Below, in pieces: positions 12,214 through 19,469 of a stretch of 32,000 bases of DNA; within the stretch, counting starts at the first letter, position 1; each line of letters starts with the position of its first letter. The notes under the pieces are model-generated. The model was not told the DNA's origin. It ran no database searches and worked only from the letters and a program-made list of their open reading frames with translations. The DNA comes from Dickeya dadantii NCPPB 898 (GTDB lineage: Bacteria > Pseudomonadota > Gammaproteobacteria > Enterobacterales > Enterobacteriaceae): the NCBI RefSeq assembly GCF_000406145.1, contig NZ_AOOE01000043.1, positions 60,001 to 92,000 of the forward strand, given 5' to 3'. The translations under genes were made by a program, and so were the position numbers.

Positions 12214-12338
12214 TTAAAATAATTCAAATTGCAGGACAAGGCTCATTTTAGCCTTGTAATACGGTCCCAAAGCAGCGAAACACAGGGGGACCGAGTAGCA
12301 AAGCCAGAGCACCTGCAACTTGAAGTATTATGGGTATA
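12214..12338. repeat. Diverged ERIC-like element, inverted relative to the one at 10108-10309
   Basis: The ends TAAAATAATTCAAATTGCAGGA and CACCTGCAACTTGAAGTATTATGGGTATA match the ERIC termini. The centre is diverged. Length about 125 bp, the canonical size. Confidence 0.55.
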
Positions 12339-12420
12339 AACATGTCGACGGATAAAGCGACACTGCCGCCATCCGGTTTCCACCAGTTGGCGCTTATTGG
12401 ATATAGCCGTTACTTGTTAA

Positions 12421-12690
12421 TCAGGGATGCCGTTCGCGACGACAGCGTTTATCAAAGTGCTTCAGCCACCAATAACGATCCGTCACATTTTCCCGTCCAC
12501 TAATACGCGCGCCCGCCAGCCACAAAATAGCGCCGGCAAAAATAGCCAGTAACTCCACGTAATAGAGCGAACCCGGCAAATTCAATTCAGGCAGCTGATT
12601 AGCTATCGAATAAGCTATTCCGGCAATCATAAGCAACATACCTAATCCCATAAATACGTTGCCCATCATCACAGCATTTCTACGTTTCAT
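12421..12690 (-). CDS. ychH: Small inner-membrane stress-induced protein YchH
   Basis: 89 aa. MKRRNAVMMGNVFMGLGMLLM...AILWLAGARISGRENVTDRYWWLKHFDKRCRR is colinear with recalled E. coli YchH. Strong SD GGAGGTGAAAT upstream. Confidence 0.85.
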   Translation of the reverse strand: MKRRNAVMMGNVFMGLGMLLMIAGIAYSIANQLPELNLPGSLYYVELLAIFAGAILWLAGARISGRENVTDRYWWLKHFDKRCRRERHP

Positions 12691-12892
12691 ATTTCACCTC
12701 CAGAAATATCCAGTGGAAATAACCAAAATATTGCTGCGTGTCTTTCTGATTTATTCACAGTATAAGCAGCACTTCACTATGGGGTTGCGTGAAGGATCAC
12801 ATGTTGGTGATCAAGTGCCCCTGCGTTACACTAACGGTTTTACCAATTATCCTGATACGTCGTGACCTTAGGCTCCCCTAAAAACGTATCAT

Positions 12893-12943
12893 GTGAGTCG
12901 TATCAAATTATGAGTGGTATCAAACTGTGAGTGGTATCAAATT
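12893..12943 (+). repeat. Three tandem 17-nt units spanning the pth initiation region
   Basis: GTGAGTCGTATCAAATT (12893-12909), ATGAGTGGTATCAAACT (12910-12926), GTGAGTGGTATCAAATT (12927-12943). Read directly from the sequence. Confidence 0.9.
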
Positions 12944-13514
12944 GATTGTAGGTCTGGCGAACCCTGGTGCCGAATACGCCACCACCCGCCATAACGCCGG
13001 CGCCTGGTACATTGACCGCCTGGCGGAAGCCTACCGACAGCCGCTGAAAGAAGAGAGTAAATTTTTCGGCTATACCGCACGTCTGTCTATGGCGGGTAAC
13101 GATGTACGCCTGCTGGTGCCCACAACGTTCATGAACCTGAGCGGCAAAGCCGTAGCGGCGATGGCAACCTTCTATCGCATCCAGCCCGATGAAATTCTGG
13201 TGGCGCACGATGAACTGGACCTGCCGCCCGGCGTCGCCAAACTGAAGCTCGGTGGCGGTCACGGCGGCCACAATGGGTTGAAGGATATCGTCAGCAAACT
13301 CGGCAACAACCCCAATTTTCACCGTTTACGCATCGGCATCGGCCATCCGGGTGATAAAAACAAGGTGGTGGGATTTGTGCTAGGCAAACCGCCCGCCAGC
13401 GAACAGACGCTGATCGATCAAGCGATTGACGAATCATTGCGCTGCACCGATATCCTGATGAAGGAAGACATGATCAAAGCCATGAACCGCCTGCACGCGT
13501 TCAAAGCGTCATGA
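12927..13514 (+). CDS. pth: Peptidyl-tRNA hydrolase
   Basis: 195 aa from the GTG at 12927. [27 protein letters not shown] (catalytic His in TRHNAG) and [27 protein letters not shown]. Colinear with E. coli Pth. Confidence 0.93.
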   Translation: MSGIKLIVGLANPGAEYATTRHNAGAWYIDRLAEAYRQPLKEESKFFGYTARLSMAGNDVRLLVPTTFMNLSGKAVAAMATFYRIQPDEILVAHDELDLPPGVAKLKLGGGHGGHNGLKDIVSKLGNNPNFHRLRIGIGHPGDKNKVVGFVLGKPPASEQTLIDQAIDESLRCTDILMKEDMIKAMNRLHAFKAS

Positions 13515-13643
13515 TGGGCGATCGGGCGAATCGAGTTCATGCCACATTATGTGTATAATTGGCATTAAGACTGACTTTTTCCATTATGACAGGCTTTTTC
13601 CAAACAAAGCCTGATGATTAGTGATTTTTAAGGTGACATAAAC

Positions 13644-14735
13644 ATGGGATTCAAATGCGGTATCGTTGGGCTGCCTAACGTGGGTAAATCCACTCTGTTC
13701 AACGCGCTGACCAAAGCCGGTATCGAAGCGGCCAACTTTCCGTTTTGTACTATCGAACCCAACACCGGCGTAGTGCCGATGCCGGACCTGCGCCTCGACC
13801 AGTTGGCCGAGATTGTCAAACCGCAGCGTACCGTCCCCACCACCATGGAGTTTGTGGATATCGCCGGTCTGGTGAAAGGCGCCTCCAAAGGCGAAGGTCT
13901 GGGCAACCAGTTCCTGACCAACATCCGTGAAACCGAAGCCATCGGCCACGTGGTACGTTGCTTTGAAAATGAAAATATCATCCACGTTGCCGGTAAAGTG
14001 AACCCTGCCGATGATATTGATACCATCAACACTGAGCTGGCGTTGTCGGATCTGGACACCTGTGAACGCGCGCTGCATCGCGTACAGAAGAAAGCCAAAG
14101 GCGGCGATAAAGACGCGAAAGTTGAACAAGCCGCGCTGGAAAAATGCCTGCCGCAGTTGGAAAACGCCGGTATGCTGCGCGCGCTGGATCTAAGCGCGGA
14201 AGAGAAAGCGGCGATCCGCTATCTGAGCTTCCTGACCCTTAAACCAACAATGTACATTGCCAACGTTAATGAAGACGGCTTCGAGAACAACCCTTATCTG
14301 GATCAGGTTCGCGAAATCGCAGCGAGAGAAGGTTCCGTGGTAGTGCCGGTATGTGCCGCGGTTGAATCCGACATTGCTGAACTTGATGATGAAGAGCGCG
14401 ATGAATTCATGGCGGAGCTGGGTCTGGAAGAGCCAGGCTTAAACCGCGTAATCCGCGCGGGTTATGAATTGCTGAACCTGCAAACCTACTTCACCGCTGG
14501 CGTAAAAGAAGTTCGCGCCTGGACCATCCCGGTTGGCGCCACTGCCCCACAGGCGGCCGGTAAAATTCACACCGACTTCGAAAAAGGGTTTATTCGCGCC
14601 CAGACTATCGCCTTTGATGATTTCATCACTTACAAAGGTGAACAAGGCGCCAAAGAAGCCGGTAAAATGCGTTCAGAAGGGAAAGAATATATCGTTAAAG
14701 ATGGCGATATTATGAACTTCTTGTTTAACGTCTAA
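13644..14735 (+). CDS. ychF: Ribosome-binding ATPase YchF
   Basis: 363 aa, nearly identical to recalled E. coli YchF. P-loop [16 protein letters not shown] and C-terminus [11 protein letters not shown]. Confidence 0.97.
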   Translation: MGFKCGIVGLPNVGKSTLFNALTKAGIEAANFPFCTIEPNTGVVPMPDLRLDQLAEIVKPQRTVPTTMEFVDIAGLVKGASKGEGLGNQFLTNIRETEAIGHVVRCFENENIIHVAGKVNPADDIDTINTELALSDLDTCERALHRVQKKAKGGDKDAKVEQAALEKCLPQLENAGMLRALDLSAEEKAAIRYLSFLTLKPTMYIANVNEDGFENNPYLDQVREIAAREGSVVVPVCAAVESDIAELDDEERDEFMAELGLEEPGLNRVIRAGYELLNLQTYFTAGVKEVRAWTIPVGATAPQAAGKIHTDFEKGFIRAQTIAFDDFITYKGEQGAKEAGKMRSEGKEYIVKDGDIMNFLFNV

Positions 14736-14826
14736 ATTTTCTTCTGTTGTCTTCATGAGGCTTCACTGATTCTCATGAAGGCCGACAAACCCATAAAATC
14801 CACGCAGTTGCGTGGATTTTTCTTTT
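14724..14826 (+). repeat. Direct repeat copy 1 (last 3 ychF codons, stop, two hairpins including the terminator)
   Basis: 103 nt matching 15282-15383, with 3 substitutions and 1 single-nt indel. Confidence 0.9.
14795..14826 (+). terminator. ychF rho-independent terminator
   Basis: AAAATCCACGC AGTT GCGTGGATTTT, followed by TCTTTT. Confidence 0.7.
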
Positions 14827-14839
14827 CGTAATGTCTCAT

Positions 14840-15014
14840 GTAATGGACTGACCCCCTCCCCGGTAGACGATCCTGGACTGGCCCTGGACTGACCCCACAA
14901 CCGCAAACAGCCCCATGAATCCCTGAATAATCTGACGCCAGCAGAATACCGGCATGATGGCTGAAAAACCGGATATATCAAAAAGTACGTGGAACTAAAA
15001 CGGGTGTGCTTACA
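14840..15014 (+). mobile_element. Remnant of the right end of an IS3-family (IS150-group-like) insertion sequence
   Basis: 14893-14964 encodes PHNRKQPHESLNNLTPAEYRHDG*, typical of the OrfB C-terminus (..YNh.RPH.sL..LTP.E..). It has an upstream stop/frameshift and lacks the rest of the transposase. 15014 ends in ..GGTGTGCTTACA, whose complement TGTAAGCACACCCGTTTTAGTTCCACG resembles the IS150-type terminal IR (TG...CA ends). The left boundary is uncertain. Confidence 0.55.
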
Positions 15015-15281
15015 GTATGCGCTGACGTACCGTCACAGTACGTATTGAGTGTCTGTGTTTTCCCTAGGTAACTCTACGGGCTGGTTGCGTTTGAATGTGT
15101 AGCGGTACATATTCAGATAAACGGCCCCCGGCGACACAGTCATCTCGAAGACATTAGTCCAAAATGGATAAACAGGTGTTGTGGTAGCTAGCCTTAGAGG
15201 AAGACACAAATCAAAGTGAGTACATGAATGAGTATAAAAATAAATAAACTATTTATCAAAATTTTAAACTTAAAATCACAG

Positions 15282-15383
15282 TTCAACGTCTAATTTTCTT
15301 CTGTTGTCTTCATGAGGATTCACTGAATCTCATGAAGGCCGACAAACCCATAAAATCCACGCAGTTGCGTGGATTTTTCTTTT
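15282..15383 (+). repeat. Direct repeat copy 2 (displaced copy of the ychF 3' end and terminator)
   Basis: TTCAACGTCTAA then the same two hairpins as 14724-14826. The terminator hairpin is identical. Confidence 0.9.
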
Positions 15384-15533
15384 TATGCTGTCTTACCAGG
15401 TCTTGTGGAGGCGCGTTGAAAAACGCGTATAAACAGTTTCCATCTTTATGGTAGTCGGGTACAACAGCATTATAAGAAATGTATAAGAAACCATGATGCT
15501 CGCAGATATTCAGTTATGAGCATAATTTTTTTC

Positions 15534-15601
15534 GTAAAAAATGAGAGTTACCTTTGTTTGCATCAGGTGTTTGCATCAGGGCGCCACCATCGGTAACTCT
15601 C
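15534..15601 (-). terminator. Probable xynA terminator with an unusually large loop
   Basis: Perfect 10-bp inverted repeat GAGAGTTACC (15543-15552) / GGTAACTCTC (15592-15601). On the minus strand it is followed by ATTTTTTT. The 39-nt loop contains a perfect tandem TGTTTGCATCAGG x2 (15555-15580). Confidence 0.5.
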
Positions 15602-15648
15602 ACGCTTTCAGGCTGATATGTCAGAGCTGGTCGGGATAATGCAAATGA

Positions 15649-16890
15649 TTATTTACCGACAAAGGTGGTCACACTTAACGGATTCAGCCATACCGTCGCC
15701 TTGCCGCTGTCATCGACCTGATATGAGCCGCCATATTCAACATTCAGCACTTCTGATGTGCTGTATTTTTCAAATTTACCGACGTTAGCGTTACTGATAT
15801 TCAGCGACAACATTTGGTCTGAGTCATTCGTGTTTACAGCAACAATAACCATTTTTCCATCCGAGTTCTTGTAGGCTGTAAGGTGAACATTTGACTGGGG
15901 ATTTTCCGTAGCCTGAATACGAAGGGCACCAGGGCGAACAAACCGGGCATATTGCGACATCACGTAACCACGCTTACTGACTTTACCGTCTTCAGTCAGT
16001 AATCCATACGAGCGACGGATATACCACCAGACATAGGCGCTATAATTTGACACCATGCTGGCATTCAGTTCAGTACCCACGTCAAGGGCTGAGGTCCAGT
16101 TATTGGCCGATTGTTTGGAATCAACATAGTGTTCGGTCATCCACAGTTGCTTACCTGCATTCTGTGCTAACGGATACGGTTTAGGCGTCGTTCCATACAG
16201 GTGCCCACCGATGATTGACACATATTTTGATGCGTCACTATCTTTCAATACCGGATCAGTTAATGCAGGGTTAAAACCTAACGATTCCGCGACAATGACT
16301 TTGAGTGAACCAAATTTAGATCCTTGCGATTTGAGATAGTTTTTGAATTCATCACCACTCCACTCGCAGGATTCATAATCAGGCTTCCAGTCGGGCTCGT
16401 TTTGTATAGAAATAGCATAAATGGGGGCACTGTTAGTCTGCATGTATTTGGAAAAATCCAGCAGGTGCGAGGTATAGGCAGAGTAATGTGCCGGAAGCAA
16501 ACGCCCACCGTTTATCAAACTGTTGTTGCTTTTCATATACGCGGGTGGCGTCCAGGGGGTAGCCATTAATTTAGCCCCCAGCGAGACGGCCTTACGCGCA
16601 CTCGGAACTTGTATATTCCATTTATTGTAGTCGGGATCAATTCTTATTCGCATAATTGATAGCCCTATCTGGCCAGCATCATTACCGAATGCAGTATTAA
16701 TTTGCTCTGTTGTCAGATCATTTATCCACCCAGCACCATTCATCCCGCCAAAACCTTGAATTGTCTGGTAATTAACTTTTGCGTCAATCTTCACTGTATC
16801 AGCATAGGCAGAAAACGCTCCTGCCGTGACTGAAACCACAATAGCCGCACTCAAACAATGGCGAACCCAGCAAGTTACATTTCCATTCAT
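15649..16890 (-). CDS. xynA: Secreted GH30 (subfamily 8) glucuronoxylan-specific endo-beta-1,4-xylanase
   Basis: ORF 15649-16911. Preferred start is MNGNVTCWVRHCL (ATG at 16890), with a signal peptide ending SAYA/DTVKID. Catalytic Glu motifs ISIQNEPDW and LWMTEHY. Very close to recalled Erwinia chrysanthemi XynA. About 45% GC. Confidence 0.93.
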   Translation of the reverse strand: MNGNVTCWVRHCLSAAIVVSVTAGAFSAYADTVKIDAKVNYQTIQGFGGMNGAGWINDLTTEQINTAFGNDAGQIGLSIMRIRIDPDYNKWNIQVPSARKAVSLGAKLMATPWTPPAYMKSNNSLINGGRLLPAHYSAYTSHLLDFSKYMQTNSAPIYAISIQNEPDWKPDYESCEWSGDEFKNYLKSQGSKFGSLKVIVAESLGFNPALTDPVLKDSDASKYVSIIGGHLYGTTPKPYPLAQNAGKQLWMTEHYVDSKQSANNWTSALDVGTELNASMVSNYSAYVWWYIRRSYGLLTEDGKVSKRGYVMSQYARFVRPGALRIQATENPQSNVHLTAYKNSDGKMVIVAVNTNDSDQMLSLNISNANVGKFEKYSTSEVLNVEYGGSYQVDDSGKATVWLNPLSVTTFVGK

Positions 16891-17259
16891 AGCATCCATC
16901 CTTAATAACATGAATATTGGGAAACAATTATAAAAACTAACTTTATTATTCCTGAAAAGCTATAAATACAACAAACAAAAGCCACCTATATTTAATTTTG
17001 ATGGCATCTTATTTATATTCCATTTTTATATTTAGTTCTAGCGCTAAAATCTGCATCCCCGTCTTCTATATTGGGTAAATAGTATCAGCAGATTAATCAG
17101 ATGCGGGCTAATAATGACGTTATCTTATTTTCCTGTCTTTTTCCTAAAGTATAAAACGAGAAAACCAGAGCAGGTTCTGACCGCAGGAGCGGCCAGAAAA
17201 CCCTATATCACCAGTTAGTCAAGGCCCATCAGAGCACAGCATGATTGCTTTTTCTCACC

Positions 17260-18633
17260 TTACTTCAGCAACCTGACCTTCACCGCCTTCCCTTTAATTT
17301 TCCCCTGCTGCAACTGCTTCCACGCGTGGCGCGCCACCGACTGCTTCACCGCCACATAGGCGTGCATCGGATGAATCGTAATCTTACCGATATCAGCGCC
17401 ATCCAGCCCCATGTCGCCGGTTAATGCGCCCAAAATATCGCCGGGACGCATTTTGGCTTTCTTGCCGCCGTCGATGCACAGCGTCGCCATCGTCGCTTCC
17501 AGCGGGGTGATGCGTAATCCGGTCGGCAGCGGATGCCAGCTGAGTTTCATATTCAGCATCTCTTCCAGCGCATTGGCACGCTGGGCCTCTTCCGGCGCGC
17601 AGAGACTGATGGCCAGCCCGCTTTCACCGGCGCGGGCGGTACGGCCGATGCGGTGAATATGCACCTCGGGATCCCACGACAACTCGTAGTTAATCACCAT
17701 CTCCAGCGCTTTGATATCCAGCCCACGCGCGGCAACGTCGGTTGCCACCAGCACGCGGCTGCTACCGTTAGCGAAGCGTACCAGCGTCTGGTCGCGGTCA
17801 CGCTGTTCCATGTCGCCGTGCAGCGCCAGCACGCTCTGGTTACTGTCGGTCAGGGCATCGTATACCGCCTGACAATCTTTTTTGGTATTGCAGAACACCA
17901 CGCAGGAAGCCGGTTGTTCGCGGCTGAGCAGTTTTTGCAGCAGATCGATTTTACCGCTGCGGGAAACTTCATAGAACTGCTGTTCAATCGCCGGCAGTTC
18001 ATCCACCGTGTCGATTGCGATGGTCAGCGGATCGCGCTGAATACGGTGGCTAATGGCGGCAATGGCATCCGGCCAGGTGGCGGAAAACAGCAGCGTTTGA
18101 CGCTGAGCGGGCACGTGGGCGATAACCTCATCGATGGCGTCGGCAAAACCCATATCGAGCATCCGGTCAGCTTCATCCAGCACCAGCGTCTGCAGGGCAT
18201 CAAGGCTTACCGTCTCCTTTTTCAGGTGATCCAGCAGTCGGCCCGGCGTGGCGACAATGATGTGAGGAGCATGGATCAGCGAGTCGCGCTGGAGACTGAA
18301 CGGCACACCGCCGCACAGCGTCAGCACCTTGATGTTCGGCAGGTAGCGCGCCAGCCGGCGCAGTTCATTGGCGACCTGATCGGCGAGTTCGCGTGTCGGG
18401 CACAGCACCAGCGACTGGGTGTTGAACTGCCCGGCATCCAACTGCTGCAACAGGCCCAGCCCGAAAGCCGCGGTTTTGCCGCTGCCGGTTTTCGCCTGCG
18501 CGCGGACATCTTTACCTGCGAGGATCGCTGGTAACGCCGCGGCCTGAATCGGGGTCATGGTCAGGTAGCCCAGCTCGTTAAGGGTGGTGAGTTGTTCCGC
18601 AGGAAGCGCGTTAAGTTCAGCAAATGAGGTCAC
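17260..18633 (-). CDS. dbpA: ATP-dependent RNA helicase DbpA (23S rRNA-specific DEAD-box)
   Basis: The ORF track gives 481 aa from 18705. The GTG at 18633 gives 457 aa (VTSFAELNALPAEQLTTLNELGYLTMTPIQ), exactly colinear with the 457-aa E. coli DbpA. Walker A AKTGSGKTAAF, DEAD box VLDEADRMLDMGF, C-terminal RNA-binding domain. Confidence 0.93.
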   Translation of the reverse strand: MTSFAELNALPAEQLTTLNELGYLTMTPIQAAALPAILAGKDVRAQAKTGSGKTAAFGLGLLQQLDAGQFNTQSLVLCPTRELADQVANELRRLARYLPNIKVLTLCGGVPFSLQRDSLIHAPHIIVATPGRLLDHLKKETVSLDALQTLVLDEADRMLDMGFADAIDEVIAHVPAQRQTLLFSATWPDAIAAISHRIQRDPLTIAIDTVDELPAIEQQFYEVSRSGKIDLLQKLLSREQPASCVVFCNTKKDCQAVYDALTDSNQSVLALHGDMEQRDRDQTLVRFANGSSRVLVATDVAARGLDIKALEMVINYELSWDPEVHIHRIGRTARAGESGLAISLCAPEEAQRANALEEMLNMKLSWHPLPTGLRITPLEATMATLCIDGGKKAKMRPGDILGALTGDMGLDGADIGKITIHPMHAYVAVKQSVARHAWKQLQQGKIKGKAVKVRLLK

Positions 18634-18762
18634 GGTGAGAATTCCAGATGAAATAAGCCGGCAATGATACCATCCCTTTCCTGCCGCGCCGTGAGGAGTT
18701 TTCACCTCGCCGCCATCGGGTTCGGCTAATATCGCAAGGCAGGGTTAGCTCAGGTCACTTTT

Positions 18763-18818
18763 TTCGAAGAGAGACTTTCGAAAAGAAATGTTCGACAAGA
18801 AATATTCGAAGAGAAATG
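18763..18818. repeat. Four tandem 14-bp units, consensus TTCGAARAGAAATG
   Basis: TTCGAAGAGAGACT, TTCGAAAAGAAATG, TTCGACAAGAAATA, TTCGAAGAGAAATG, starting at 18763, 18777, 18791 and 18805. They lie in the dbpA/TPR-gene divergent intergenic region. Confidence 0.85.
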
Positions 18819-18824
18819 AGCGGC

Positions 18825-18849
18825 GAATAAAAACGAATGCCGAGACGTT
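18825..18849 (+). promoter_or_regulatory. Candidate ECF-type promoter of the TPR-sigma-antisigma operon
   Basis: GAATAAA-N14-CGTT(AA), 47 nt before the ATG at 18896. The same architecture occurs upstream of yceI (21456-21480, minus strand). Pattern only. Confidence 0.3.
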
Positions 18850-18895
18850 AACTCATCATTCACACCGCGCATTCATTAACCCTGGAGTAAATACG

Positions 18896-19447
18896 ATGAA
18901 CCCTGTCTCCCGCTTCCAACCTTCCATTGCCCGTCGTCTGGCTATCCCGGTACTGCTGTTTTCTTTGCACGTCCCGCAGGTGTTTGCTGCCGGCGACGAC
19001 GACACCAACCGTAAAACGCCCGACTGCCCGGCCGGCCAGATTTATAACAGCGCCACGAAACAGTGTGTGCCGGAGAAAACCAGCCGTCTTAGCGATCAGG
19101 ATAAAACGAACTATGCTTATCATCTGGCTAAAAAAGGTGAGTATCAGGCGGCGCTGAACCTGCTGGATACCCTGAAAAACGGCAATACCGCCGAAGCCTG
19201 GAACTACCGGGGGTACGCCACGCGAAAACTCGGGCGTACCGACGAAGGCATCGGCTATTATCAACGCTCGCTGGCGCTTAACCCGAATTATGCGAAAGTG
19301 CGCGAATATCTCGGCGAAGCGTGGCTGGTGAAAGGCCGCCCCGATCTGGCGCGGGAACAACTGAAAACGATCGCCGGTCTGTGCGGCCAAAACTGCGAAG
19401 AGTATCGCGATTTACAGGCCGCGATTAACGGGCATCCTGAATCCTGA
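18896..19447 (+). CDS. Secreted TPR-repeat protein with two Cys pairs
   Basis: ORF 18788-19447. Preferred ATG at 18896 is preceded by GGAG and gives the signal peptide MNPVSRFQPSIARRLAIPVLLFSLHVPQVFA/AG. TPR-like repeats (AWNYRGYATRKLGRTDEGIGYYQRSLALNPNYAKVREYLGEAW). Cys pairs CPAGQIYNSATKQC and CGQNC. Confidence 0.75.
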   Translation: MNPVSRFQPSIARRLAIPVLLFSLHVPQVFAAGDDDTNRKTPDCPAGQIYNSATKQCVPEKTSRLSDQDKTNYAYHLAKKGEYQAALNLLDTLKNGNTAEAWNYRGYATRKLGRTDEGIGYYQRSLALNPNYAKVREYLGEAWLVKGRPDLAREQLKTIAGLCGQNCEEYRDLQAAINGHPES

Positions 19448-19469
19448 GTATCAGCACGAGGACAAAAAA

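Noticed and set aside
12788-12812. CRP binding site upstream of ychH
   Set aside because: GTGA-AGGA-TCACA has a 4-nt rather than 6-nt spacer. The opposite-strand reading TGTGA-N6-ACGCA has only one good half-site. This is not a convincing match to TGTGA-N6-TCACA.
15015-15281. Possible gene fragment between the IS end and the second ychF repeat (minus-strand 35-codon ORF MTVSPGAVYLNMYRYTFKRNQPVELPRENTDTQYVL)
   Set aside because: It is too short, and I cannot match it to any family from memory. It may be a relic of the deleted element but cannot be called. It should be checked by BLASTX.
17260-18705. Longer N-termini given in the ORF track (dbpA 481 aa, TPR protein 219 aa from 18788, DJ-1 277 aa from 11158, xynA 420 aa from 16911, sirB1 281 aa from 3779, yceI 205 aa from 21465, ydgH 330 aa from 954)
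   Set aside because: In each case an internal start gives a better SD and either exact colinearity with the known homologue or a proper signal peptide. The extensions have no homologous counterpart.
12893-18818. Tandem repeats as CRISPR arrays
   Set aside because: The 17-bp x3 and 14-bp x4 arrays are contiguous, with no spacers, and are far shorter than CRISPR repeats. No cas genes are present.
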